A DNA stretch of 63,701 nt, the filler included, from Octopus bimaculoides (lineage: Eukaryota): assembly GCF_001194135.2 (NCBI RefSeq). It is 7 parts of 7 records of this genome, joined end to end, with 100 filler letters (N's around TTAATTAATTAA, not from the genome) between each part and the next. Parts side by side here need not be neighbours in the genome. Positions count along the whole stretch, not along the records: positions 49,392 to 53,067 come from NW_026372091.1; positions 53,168 to 58,327 come from NC_068982.1; positions 58,428 to 63,701 come from NC_068986.1; 4 more parts are not named here. One strand, given 5' to 3'. The notes beneath the pieces were generated by a model. It made no database searches, was not told the DNA's origin, and worked only from the letters and a program-made list of their open reading frames with translations. Made by a program: the position numbers and the translations under genes. Shown here in pieces: positions 49,430 to 62,216 of this stretch. Each line of letters starts with the position of its first letter. The stretch's first letter is position 1.

Positions 49430-50080
49430 AACGTGATGTTAAATTAAATAATAATATAAATAATATATATGTGCGCGTGTACGTGTGTGTGTGCATATAT
49501 GGATACAGGACGTCACCAATTGTAAACAACATGAAGTACGAAAACAAGCAAGTTAAATACGCAAACAACGAAAGAATGACAATTGATCGCAGGACAAGTA
49601 ACACAAAGAACGACCCTTCATCAGTTGTCGGCTGTCTATCTACTCCTCATTTCGAACATTCAACGAGAATATGAGTCTTCAAAGACAGTTGCTCACATAA
49701 CTTTTATGGAGGGTCACAGTTGAAAGCAAAAACAGGACAGTGGAGACATACAAGGAAACAGAGCGAAAACAAACATAGTGGATCGTTAAACCAGAACGAG
49801 GGGGAAATGGTGAACGCTGGAAGAAATATTTTCTATGAAAAGAGAAAAGATAGAAGCGAGAGATAGAAGGCGGACGATGGTCACGTGTGAGCAACTAGAG
49901 AGAGAGAGAGAGAAAAGAAGAGGGGTGGAAGAGAGAGAGAAATAGCTAGAAAACGGAGAAGAGGAGAAAAAAAGGAACTAGAGAAGAATGCGGGAGAGAA
50001 CAGTATAGAGTTGTATCGAAAAGTTTAAGATTAACTTAATTGGAAATGGATGCGTGGCGTTCAATTAAATAATAATATAA
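49430..50080. repeat. Unit 1 of a diverged direct repeat (period about 1.6 kb)
   Basis: From TGTAAACAACATGAAGTACGAAAACAA to GGAAATGGATGCGTGGCGTTCAATTAAAT it is colinear with 51060-51710. Confidence 0.9.
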
Positions 50081-51059
50081 NNNNNNNNNNNNNNNNNNNN
50101 NNNNNNNNNNNNNNNNNNNNNNNNNNNNNNNNNNNNNNNNNNNNNNNNNNNNNNNNNNNNNNNNNNNNNNNNNNNNNNNNNNNNNNNNNNNNNNNNNNNN
50201 NNNNNNNNNNNNNNNNNNNNNNNNNNNNNNNNNNNNNNNNNNNNNNNNNNNNNNNNNNNNNNNNNNNNNNNNNNNNNNNNNNNNNNNNNNNNNNNNNNNN
50301 NNNNNNNNNNNNNNNNNNNNNNNNNNNNNNNNNNNNNNNNNNNNNNNNNNNNNNNNNNNNNNNNNNNNNNNNNNNNNNNNNNNNNNNNNNNNNNNNNNNN
50401 NNNNNNNNNNNNNNNNNNNNNNNNNNNNNNNNNNNNNNNNNNNNNNNNNNNNNNNNNNNNNNNNNNNNNNNNNNNNNNNNNNNNNNNNNNNNNNNNNNNN
50501 NNNNNNNNNNNNNNNNNNNNNNNNNNNNNNNNNNNNNNNNNNNNNNNNNNNNNNNNNNNNNNNNNNNNNNNNNNNNNNNNNNNNNNNNNNNNNNNNNNNN
50601 NNNNNNNNNNNNNNNNNNNNNNNNNNNNNNNNNNNNNNNNNNNNNNNNNNNNNNNNGTAGTGGCGGACAGAAAACAAGACAGGAAAACGAAACAGTGAAA
50701 TAAACAAACACAGAAGGCTATACAGCCAGACGTGAAACAGTATGTGTATATTGAATGATGTGAAGCACGAACTGGAATGAAACGGGACGAGGAATGTTCG
50801 TGTGTGCTTGGCGGGGCCAAGATATTGAAAAGAATTAGTAGTTGGACACATGTGACCAGCGAGGGGTAGGGAGAAAGAGTGATAGAGGGAGAAGAAGGGG
50901 AGGAAGTAGAATATAAGTGAGCAACGAGAGACAGATATATATATATATATATATATAGTAGAAGGGGAGAGGCGAAGAACAGTAGAAAGATGAATGAGAG
51001 GGGGAGATAGATACAAAGATAGAAAGAGTCGCGTCAGAAAAATAAAGTTCAATATATAT

Positions 51060-51710
51060 ATATATATATATATATGCATATATGGGTGCAAGACGTTACT
51101 AACTGTAAACAACATGAAGTACGAAAACAATCCAGTTAAATACGCAAACAACGAGAGAGAAAAATCGAAAACGTAACAAGTAACACAAAGAACGACCCTT
51201 CATCAGTTGTTGGCTGTCTATTTACGCCTCATTTCGAGCATTCAAAGGCAATATGAGTCTTCGAAGACAGTTGCTCCCATAACTTTCAACATTAATTTGG
51301 GATTTTATGTAGAGTCAAAGTTGAGAACAAAAACAGGACAATGGAGACATACAAGAAACTAAACGAAAGCGAACATGGAAGGTCGTTAGACCAGAACGAG
51401 GGGTAAAACAGTGAATGCTGGAAAAAATATTTTCTTTGAAAAGAGAAAAAATAGAGGACATACAATCATCAGAACGTCGTGTAAGAAAAGAAAGATAGTC
51501 ACGTGATGGAAAGAAAGATGGACGATGGTCATGTATGAGCAACGAGAGACAGGAAAGGAGAAAGAGGGAGAGAGACAGATAGAAAGGGTGAAGAGGAGAA
51601 AAAGGGAATTAGAAAAGGATGGGGGAGAAAACAGTATAAAGTAGAGTCGCATCAAAAAGGTTAAGATAAACTTACTTGGAAATGGATGCGTGGCGTTCAA
51701 TTAAATGATA
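51060..51710. repeat. Unit 2 of the diverged direct repeat
   Basis: Same motif order as 49430-50080 with substitutions and a GA-rich indel; both copies end just before an N gap. Confidence 0.9.
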
Positions 51711-52731
51711 NNNNNNNNNNNNNNNNNNNNNNNNNNNNNNNNNNNNNNNNNNNNNNNNNNNNNNNNNNNNNNNNNNNNNNNNNNNNNNNNNNNNNNNNNN
51801 NNNNNNNNNNNNNNNNNNNNNNNNNNNNNNNNNNNNNNNNNNNNNNNNNNNNNNNNNNNNNNNNNNNNNNNNNNNNNNNNNNNNNNNNNNNNNNNNNNNN
51901 NNNNNNNNNNNNNNNNNNNNNNNNNNNNNNNNNNNNNNNNNNNNNNNNNNNNNNNNNNNNNNNNNNNNNNNNNNNNNNNNNNNNNNNNNNNNNNNNNNNN
52001 NNNNNNNNNNNNNNNNNNNNNNNNNNNNNNNNNNNNNNNNNNNNNNNNNNNNNNNNNNNNNNNNNNNNNNNNNNNNNNNNNNNNNNNNNNNNNNNNNNNN
52101 NNNNNNNNNNNNNNNNNNNNNNNNNNNNNNNNNNNNNNNNNNNNNNNNNNNNNNNNNNNNNNNNNNNNNNNNNNNNNNNNNNNNNNNNNNNNNNNNNNNN
52201 NNNNNNNNNNNNNNNNNNNNNNNNNNNNNNNNNNNNNNNNNNNNNNNNNNNNNNNNNNNNNNNNNNNNNNNNNNNNNNNNNNNNNNNNNNNNNNNNNNNN
52301 NNNNNNNNNNNNNNNNNNNNNNNNNNNNNNNNNNNNNNNNNNNNNNNNNNNNNNNNNNNNNNNNNNNNNNNNNNNNNNNNNNNNNNNNNNNNNNNNNNNN
52401 NNNNNNNNNNNNNNNNNNNNNNNNNNNNNNNNNNNNNNNNNNNNNNNNNNNNNNNNNNNNNNNNNNNNNNNNNNNNNNNNNNNNNNNNNNNNNNNNNNNN
52501 NNNNNNNNNNNNNNNNNNNNNNNNNNNNNNNNNNNNNNNNNNNNNNNNNNNNNNNNNNNNNNNNNNNNNNNNNNNNNNATAGATGAATAAGGAAGGAAGG
52601 GGTGATGTAATACTTGGTAGTGGGATGATGAAAATTGTGCGCTGAAAAAATAAAACAAACAGCGTTTCAACTCTGTGTGAATATATGTGTGTGTATGTAA
52701 ATTGGGAGTATGTGAATGTGTGTGTGCGTGT

Positions 52732-52780
<49 letters not shown>

Positions 52781-53004
52781 CGTGCGTGCACGCGATGGAA
52801 GTGGGATGTTAATCTTTGTTCGCTTAGTGCTTGGGTTTATTTCTTGATTTGGTTGAATCTTGGTTGGTTTTTCTTTTGTTGGTCAGTTAATTTTAGCGTT
52901 TTGACAGAAAAAAGTCATTCTAAAATTGTTTTTTTAATGTAAGCGTGCCCAAACAAGTCGAATGTTTACACAGAGCAGGTTTTACAGCCACATCATCCGA
53001 ACCG

Positions 53005-53033
53005 ACCGGGTGAAACCGGGCTTAGCTGCTAGT
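53005..53033 (+). mobile_element. Helitron-like 3' terminus
   Basis: GC hairpin CCGG-GTGAAA-CCGG about 9 nt upstream of CTAG|T (53029-53033); 5' end not identifiable. Confidence 0.5.
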
Positions 53034-53067
53034 ATATATGGGCACCAACTATGCGAACCTGTTCGTT

Positions 53068-53167
53068 NNNNNNNNNNNNNNNNNNNNNNNNNNNNNNNNN
53101 NNNNNNNNNNNTTAATTAATTAANNNNNNNNNNNNNNNNNNNNNNNNNNNNNNNNNNNNNNNNNNNN
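53068..53167. other. Artificial 100-nt scaffold spacer
   Basis: TTAATTAATTAA at 53112-53123 between 44-N flanks. Confidence 0.97.
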
Positions 53168-53189
53168 TATATATATATATATATATATA

Positions 53190-53340
53190 CGACGGGCTTT
53201 CAGTTTCCGTCTGTCAAATCCAGTCACACGTTATCGGTCGGCTCGAGGCTATAGTAGAAGACACCTCCCAAAATGCTACGCAGTGGGATTGAATCTGAAA
53301 CCATGAGGTTGGGAAGCAAGCTTCTTACCACACAACCACA
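53190..53340 (-). mobile_element. SINE family B 5' half
   Basis: CGACGGGCTTTCAGTTTCCGTC..GAGGCTATAGTAGAAGACAC..CGCAGTGGGATTGAA..CTTACCACACAACCAC. Confidence 0.85.
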
Positions 53341-53388
53341 TATATACATGGATATGCATATGTGTACGTGTGTATATGTATGTGTATG

Positions 53389-53419
<31 letters not shown>

Positions 53420-54471
53420 TTGCGTGTGTGTGTGTGTGTGTATGTGTGTGTGTGTGTGTTTGTGTGTGCATGTATGCGTATACGTATGAACGTATGTGTC
53501 TATCTCTTTCTTCTGTTTTCATTAGTACTCGATTTTCTCTTTATGCTTTTCCTTCTTCTGTCTATACTACTCTTGAGTAATAACTATATATAAACGCTTC
53601 GTACAAATGCAAAACTTGCTTTATTTCATTCTCCGACGGCAGAATTTTTAATATGAAATTTATTTTTATGTTTTTCCAACATGTACAACTTTGTGAGTGA
53701 TATTGGCAAATGGAACATGTTTAATGGTGAATAAATAATACCAAAAATTTTCCAACTTCCTGTCTTGTTACGCAATAACACTGCAAACAATATTTCCAGA
53801 ATTTTAAACTCTAATATGTAAAACACATCTATATATACAGAGTGAGCGAGAGAGAGAGAGAGAGTGAGAGAAAGGAAGAGAGAGAAATCTATAAATGTAT
53901 AATTTGTGTTACTTCACATACATTCAATAACGAAAGTACGTACATGCATACGTACTCAAAATGTACCACACTTCACTTTCTGATCACTAGATCTCAGAAA
54001 CACATGTAAAAACGCTTGTTGCCAGCAATATCCTCTCTCTTATACCTGAAGTCAGAGAATGAATTTTCCGGAAAATAACTGTCAACGAAGAACTACTATG
54101 AAGTACTATCTCGATTCTCTTCTCTTTCGTCTGTGATATTAAAGTATAAAGTTTCCGGGTATTTACCCTGCAATGAAGAACTACTCTGAACTTTTGCTTT
54201 TCTGATTCTCTTCTTTTGCTGCTAATTTATATTTATAATCACGTGTGTATAACAAATTTATAACTACTTTGATGTCATTATCAACCACCTATTCATGTTT
54301 TATTTTACATTACTTTCATGAGTTTCATCGCAATATTGTGCATAGCGAAACTATGTTTGCCTGGATACTATCTTCCATCGTTTGACATTGTATTGGATAT
54401 TTAGTCCGTCTGAACACTAATTGCGAGTACTAATCATGGGCCTTTTGACGTATGCTTGCTCATTATTTCAT

Positions 54472-54530
<59 letters not shown>

Positions 54531-54566
54531 NNNNNNNNNNATGATATATACATATACATACATATA

Positions 54567-54602
<36 letters not shown>

Positions 54603-54753
54603 TACATACATATATATACATATATATTTATATACATATATATATACATATACATGTATATACACATAGATATAAGTAAGTGTGTATATATATATATACA
54701 CACATATATATACATACACATACATGTATCACATACATATACATATATGCATG

Positions 54754-54797
<44 letters not shown>

Positions 54798-55379
54798 AGT
54801 GTGTGTCTCTGTGTGTGCGTGTGTGTGAATATGTGTGTTTGGATAGATAGATACATACATACATGCATATATACATACATATATACATACATACATACAT
54901 ACATAGACAGACGTATGCATATACACTCAGCTATGACAAAAATAAATACATACACTTCACTATACATTTCTGTATTACCTCACACTTGCTAGTGTATTAT
55001 TATTTCGTTTTTATTTTAGATTACAGTATATTAATTATTTATAGCAACTAGCCATGATGCAAACACCGGGAACAAAAAAGTTGTCTAATTTTTAAAGATG
55101 GTCTATTGTGGGTGGATTTGTGTGTAGACGCAGCACGCGTAAGATTGCCCAAAATATCAGGATTTTTCTTGCTACCGTTTAAGGATGAATTGTGAAATTC
55201 CCCAGCTAAAGACAGCAAACAACAGCATTCTGCTAATATGGACTAGACTTTTCTGACAGATAAATTCCTACTATGAAGCAGGTTGTTGAAAACCACCCAC
55301 GTTGTAGGAGAGCTGATGTTACACAATATATATATATATATGTTACACAAAATATATATACACTAAATATCTGTTACAC

Positions 55380-55415
<36 letters not shown>

Positions 55416-55631
55416 NNNNNNNNNNNNNNNNNNNNNNNNNNNNNNNNNNNNNNNNNNNNNNNNNNNNNNNNNNNNNNNNNNNNNNNNNNNNNNNNNNNNN
55501 NNNNNNNNNNNNNNNTACTTGTGAATGCATCCTTAACTGGAAGGGCAAATTTGTATTTACTTTAGTTTAGTAAGTACGTATATGTCAGTGTCCATTGTCG
55601 GTATACATGTGGGAATCTTGAAAATACATAT

Positions 55632-55754
55632 TTAAGGAAGAAGAGAACTGGTCCCCTCGGGGGTCAGCGTGGTCTTTTGACCTGAAACACTTCTCAGATG
55701 GGAGTACTCCTCCTGAAGATCTCTCCTGCTGCGTGCTCGCAATGCATCTAGTTT
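55632..55754 (-). CDS. Possible terminal exon of an unidentified gene (40 aa plus stop)
   Basis: GC-rich island; CAG acceptor at 55757-55755, phase-0 frame KLDALRARSRRDLQEEYSHLRSVSGQKTTLTPEGTSSLLP*. Weak pyrimidine tract; no recognisable family. Confidence 0.2.
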   Translation of the reverse strand, partial: KLDALRARSRRDLQEEYSHLRSVSGQKTTLTPEGTSSLLP

Positions 55755-57037
55755 CTGATATATATATATATATATATGTATATAGATGCTCAATTTACAA
55801 TTACAAACCTCATTTGAAAAAGATTCTAAATGGGGTTGGGCCATGAAGTCTTTGCAAAAGAAAAAGTGACTACTAACTTTACACAGACGATAAATTTTGC
55901 GAATCCAAATAACAAACAATATATATTGCTTAAAATTGAGTGGCAACGATCAAAGGAAATATGTTGAACATAACATTCATTTAAAAAAAANNNNNNNNNN
56001 NNNNNNNNNNNNNNNNNNNNNNNNNNNNNNNNNNNNNNNNNNNNNNNNNNNNNNNNNNNNNNNNNNNNNNNNNNNNNNNNNNNNNNNNNNNNNNNNNNNN
56101 NNNNNNNNNNNNNNNNNNNNNNNNNNNNNNNNNNNNNNNNNNNNNNNNNNNNNNNNNNNNNNNNNNNNNNNNNNNNNNNNNNNNNNNNNNNNNNNNNNNN
56201 NNNNNNNNNNNNNNNNNNNNNNNNNNNNNNNNNNNNNNNNNNNNNNNNNNNNNNNNNNNNNNNNNNNNNNNNNNNNNNNNNNNNNNNNNNNNNNNNNNNN
56301 NNNNNNNNNNNNNNNNNNNNNNNNNNNNNNNNNNNNNNNNNNNNNNNNNNNNNNNNNNNNNNNNNNNNNNNNNNNNNNNNNNNNNNNNNNNNNNNNNNNN
56401 NNNNNNNNNNNNNNNNNNNNNNNNNNNNNNNNNNNNNNNNNNNNNNNNNNNNNNNNNNNNNNNNNNNNNNNATATACATACTCGAAAACAGGCATGAACG
56501 CAAAGATTTTTTCTTCTAAGATTCTCATGAGTTAAATACATTTATATTTATCTAACTGTCTATCTACCGTATCTCTCTTTCCTTCTGCCTCTCTCTCTCT
56601 CTCTCTCTCTCCCTCTCTCTCTCGCTCTCTCCCTCTCTCTCTCTCTCTCTCTCTGCACACGCGCACACACATCCACCACACACACACACACACACATACA
56701 CATTATACATGTGTGTGTGTGTGCTGTGATGCGGTGTGTGTGCTGTGACGTGGGGTGTGTGTGTGTATAAGGACATACTTCTCATCTGTCTTTTCCTTTG
56801 CAGTTTTGGCAAGATGAGACTCAAGTAATTAATCAATTTATTCTGTTATAATAAATATATTATACTCCATTCAGTCTGTCATTAATATTTGTCTTATGTT
56901 CTCGTTTTTTATTTTAAATAACAGATTCGTATATATAGTTACGCGGATAATCGCAGTTAATTGAAGTGTTTCTACTCGCTATATTATATACATGAGACTC
57001 CCTCAGATTTAGGGACATCTTATATCTACATTATATA

Positions 57038-58241
57038 CAGGGGTTGGACAAAATAATTGGAACACGTATCAAATTCAATGAATATTTATTTAATATGAAA
57101 TTTGTTCTTTTTTAGCTTTCTGAACAGCTTCGATGCGTCTAGGAATTGATTAAATCAGCTTCCTGACATCATTGAGAGGAATCTTGTGCCATTCTTTCAA
57201 GACCTGCTCCAGCTGTTGCAGACAAGACGACGGAGGGTAACGACTTCGAAGATGTACCACAGATGCTCAATAATATTAAGATCTAGAGATTGAAGAGGCC
57301 GCATGATGTGTTGTAGCTCACTACTATGCTTTTCATACCAATTCTTAACTACATGGGACGTGTGTATTGGAGCATTGTCACCTTGGAAGCTGCACTCACC
57401 ATCACGGAATAATGTCTGGACCATGAGAAGGACTTGATTTCCCAAAATATTTAGATAATCATAACTGTTGATCCTACTATGCAGGGCAACTATTGGACCA
57501 AGAAATGGCTGCTCAAATCATCACAGATCCTCCTCCGTGCTTCATTATAGGAAAAATTAAAAACTTCCCAGGGCTGTCTCCACACATAAACTCGCTCTGC
57601 AGTGGGGAAATAGAAAACCTGACCTCATCGAAGAATATAACTTGCTTCCATTATTCTGTCAGCCAGCCCTTGTGATTTCTACACCAGTTCAGCCTTTTTT
57701 GAATGTTTTGATTAGAAAGCAGAGGTTTCCTGATAGCAGCTCTTTCATGATATCCGGCTTTATTGAGCTCATGGCGAACAGTTTTGGTCGAAACTGGGTT
57801 AGTCAGTTGTTGATTCAACTCCGTAGTCACTTTAGGGGCAGCTGTCCAGTGATTTTTCATCACGATGCCATTCAACAGTCGTCGGTCTCTTTCAGTGAGC
57901 TTCGAAAAGTTCTGCAGGAGGCTCTTCCCTGCTTCTCGAATTCAGTCATGGTCCTTGATATGGTAGCTTTCGAAAAACCAAGGAGTTCAGCTGTTCTGGT
58001 GACGGAAGCTCCTGACATTCGAGCTCCAACAATTTGACCATTTTCGAACTCAGTGAGGTCATACACCTTAGCATACGTTTTACTACGATCTGCAAAAGAG
58101 ATAGAAATAACCATTGAATTAGATAAAATCAAATCATACAAAAAGCACAAAATGAAATTTGGTTGTATATTCGTAATATAATGGCTTATTGAAATATTGG
58201 CGATAAATTTCTTCTATTCCAATTATTTTGTCTAACCGCTG
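57038..58241 (-). mobile_element. 1204-bp Tc1/mariner transposon, DD36E type
   Basis: TA|CAGGGGTTGGACAAAATAATTGGAA versus TTCCAATTATTTTGTCTAACCGCTG|CA (2 mismatches in 25 nt; right TSD mutated); transposase remnants inside. Confidence 0.92.
57140..58076 (-). pseudogene. Disrupted Tc1-like transposase
   Basis: DLTEFENGQIVGARMSGASVTRTAELLGFSKATIS (HTH); VSTKTVRHELNKAGY..AAIRKPLLS..KRLNWC; WKQVIFFDE; RVYVWR; FQGDNAPIH..QSLDLNIIEHLW. 36 residues between the second D and the E; stops and frameshifts present. Confidence 0.9.
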
Positions 58242-58280
58242 CAAATAAATAAATACATACATACATACATACAAATAAAC

Positions 58281-58327
<47 letters not shown>

Positions 58328-58427
58328 NNNNNNNNNNNNNNNNNNNNNNNNNNNNNNNNNNNNNNNNNNNNTTAATTAATTAANNNNNNNNNNNNNNNNN
58401 NNNNNNNNNNNNNNNNNNNNNNNNNNN
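58328..58427. other. Artificial 100-nt scaffold spacer
   Basis: TTAATTAATTAA at 58372-58383 between 44-N flanks. Confidence 0.97.
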
Positions 58428-58471
<44 letters not shown>

Positions 58472-61449
58472 AAGCACACACTACACACATATACCCCCAC
58501 TCACACGCATATGCACACGCGCCCACACACATCCGAGCATACTCACTCCCCCCACCCCACCCCCACGCACCTACACAAACTCACACACATATATATATAT
58601 TCTTATATATTTTTCTGGCAATGTTTTCATTTGTATATCCATATCCCTTTTTACATTTTAATAAGTTGATAAATTCATGGTTTTTATTTATGTGACCCCC
58701 ACATATTTTTAAGTGAAGTATAGATTCATTTACTTTTTCGACACGGATATTAGCTCATTTCGTTATAATATAGAGATGGCATCATTTAATATTACCGTTT
58801 TATTTTCATTTATACCTTGCGGCAATGCTTTTTCGCATTCATTTATATATTCGTTTTTGCAGTTATGTTTACATTGTGTCACATCGTAATTTACTGCAAT
58901 GTGATATTTCCCATTTATATTAAATTCCGTTAACAAATTTTGGCTGCGTTTTATTTATCGAAACAAAATCTCTTGAGAATTAAAATGACAGCAAATCTGA
59001 GACACCGATATTTAATACTAATTAAAGTAATTACGACTACTCCCTTTAGAAATGTTCAGAAGCATTCTAGCTGTCTCCTTTTTATTTCTTCGCATACAAT
59101 GAACAACGGTGATGTGAGAGCATGATTTAAACAAATTTCTCAGCAATATAATGACACACATTTTGACATCCCGCCTGAATTAATTGGCAGTTGTTATCAG
59201 TTTCTTTAACTGAGCATTGATCCTAGTTAATTGTTCTTTATAATATTCAATATAGATGCGACAGTTTAACCTTTGACTATGATATTCATAATTATTAATG
59301 GTTTCAATCAGGAAATGTGATACGGGAGTCAAATCTGTGTATAAATATACATAAGAGGAAAAGTCTCCATAAAACTTCATTTTTCTTACTGGATAATTTT
59401 TATCCTCTCTTCTCACTGTAGTAACAAATGATTGATATCATAAGTATTGAAACTGCCTCATTTCTGTGTCGTGGTTCTAATACTCTGCAATGTAGAGCTG
59501 TCAAATTGTTTCTCGATAGACAATCTATACCATATTTTGGTTGTGTTTTCTCTTATCTGCCACTTTAATAATATCATGATTCATTTTCAAAGTGATATTT
59601 CCATGAGCTTTTTCTCCCGGACAAGAAGAAGTTATTACTTGGCTGACGAGCAAAAGGTATTACGTAGATTTCAGTTAAATGTAATGTGTAAGTCGTCAAA
59701 TTGCGTATTGATGGTGCACGATTTTCATCCAATTCTATGATCCAGGAAATCAAACTTCGTATACGAGGTAAGAGATTTAATTGCTGACAAATGGTGTTTC
59801 AGATCTGACAATGCTATTTTGAAAAACAACAATAAAAGTACCGTTTACGCAGCTGCTGTTCCAAGTTACTAATAAGCATAATAATGCAAGGCATGCTGGC
59901 ATTCTTTTGAAAGAAGAAAAACCCACCGAAAATGATTACATACAGACGTAAACAAATAGAGTTTACTCTTATTGCATTTCATTGGTTGGAAGGCAGGGGA
60001 CATTACTAAAGGTATTTTATAAAGCATGTAGAAAGATATACTTTTCAACACGTAAATACTGATCGGTATATATAAAAGATAAAATCCTTTCAAGAGCAGA
60101 AAAAGAAACTTATGTTTGTTTACATATGATGTAATCTATAAGACATCTAACGTTTCTGGATGACTTTATAAGTTCTAAAATTGCAGAAGAATTTGTCGGT
60201 ATCATGCCTCCGGTCTTCTAAAATATATAATCGTCAATTTATATAGCTAGTATATTGCCAGATATCCACCATTAGTTTCTTAAAACTTATGAAATAACTA
60301 ACATCTTTTAGGAATTTGTATTTATACATCTAATTGTTTAAAGCACCAAAGTATTAACGAACACGACCGGAATGATGTAGGACGCAACATTTTCTTCTTT
60401 GGCCAACCCTTAAAAACACATCTCACAAGCAGAACGTTGGTATAATACCAGGAAACGTGAGTGAGTATATTTGTCAGCGTAATGTTTTCTGAGTAAAAAC
60501 ATATCTGTACATTCTGTGCACAGGAATGAGCATTGTTCTTCATCGTTATTTAAATGACGGATATAAATACTGCGCTACTTTAATTTATACCTCAGCACAA
60601 ATTTTATGGTAGTGTACAAATGAAAGAAAACTCTATAAGAAAGAAAATGAAAACTTCAGCAGATAAAACATTTTCTGTAGTTATCTCAGATTTAAACTAA
60701 ATTGACTCGATGTAGATTTAAATGTTGCCGTTCAAATTGAATCATTTTTGCATTGTGCTCAAATATTGAAATAATATTCGTTTCATAATATTTCATAGCT
60801 TTCACACCTAATCATTTCTTATTTCGATTTTTACAAGAATTTCTCAAATTTCTGACATCTCTTGTTAATATTATGGCAACCACTTAGAGCAAAGTTGATT
60901 ACGTAGGATTACGTTTTGCTTTTAGCTGCCAACTACAATGTCAATTTATTTCTTTACTTCTGTTTTCAATAAAACTGATGGGTTAAAGAATATATACTGC
61001 GATATGTTACTCCGGCTCCTTCCTTAATATAAGGAAATGTTTCACGTGACAGACAAGCATAACATATTTCAACGTTCTCCAAGCCAAAACAAACGGATAA
61101 ATGTTCGCACTGCAATGCGCAATGCATCAATCGCTCGTCACAAAAATATGCACACTTCGCAACATGGTGAAATCGTTTGAGTACGTGTGTGTATAGATTA
61201 TATGTCTCTCTGTGTGTTTGTGCATGTATATGTACGTGTGGTGTGCGTGTGTGTGTGTATGCATATATAAGCGTGTAGCGTTTATCATCAATAAATACAT
61301 GCACACACCCACAGAGAGGTGAGCATACACACACACACGCATATATATGTTAATAGTGGTGCTATATGAACATTTAGTGTGGTGTCAGTCAAGATTTGGC
61401 TGCTATTTTCAGCATGGTGGTGTCTCTCAGATACCCTAAATTATAATTA

Positions 61450-61490
<41 letters not shown>

Positions 61491-62172
61491 NNNNNNNNNN
61501 NNNNNNNNNNNNNNNNNNNNNNNNNNNNNNNNNNNNNNNNNNNNNNNNNNNNNNNNNNNNNNNNNNNNNNNNNNNNNNNNNNNNNNNNNNNNNNNNNNNN
61601 NNNNNNNNNNNNNNNNNNNNNNNNNNNNNNNNNNNNNNNNNNNNNNNNNNNNNNNNNNNNNNNNNNNNNNNNNNNNNNNNNNNNNNNNNNNNNNNNNNNN
61701 NNNNNNNNNNNNNNNNNNNNNNNNNNNNNNNNNNNNNNNNNNNNNNNNNNNNNNNNNNNNNNNNNNNNNNNNNNNNNNNNNNNNNNNNNNNNNNNNNNNN
61801 NNNNNNNNNNNNNNNNNNNNNNNNNNNNNNNNNNNNNNNNNNNNNNNNNNNNNNNNNNNNNNNNNNNNNNNNNNNNNNNNNNNNNNNNNNNNNNNNNNNN
61901 NNNNNNNNNNNNNNNNNNNNNNNNNNNNNNNNNNNNNNNNNNNNNNNNNNNNNNNNNNNNNNNNNNNNNNNNNNNNNNNNNNNNNNNNNNNNNNNNNNNN
62001 NNNNNNNNNNNNNNNNNNNNNNNNNNNNNNNNNNNNNNNNNNNNNNNNNNNNNNNNNNNNNNNNNNNNNNNNNNNNNNNNNNNNNNNNNNNNNNNNNNNN
62101 NNNNNNNNNNNNNNNNNNNNNNNNNNNNNNNNNNNNNNNNNNNNNNNNNNNNNNNNNNNNNNNNNNNNNNNN

Positions 62173-62216
<44 letters not shown>

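Noticed and set aside
60410-60465. W..NVGIIPGN as an SH3 C-terminal micro-exon
   Set aside because: Too short to distinguish from chance; no other SH3 segments found.
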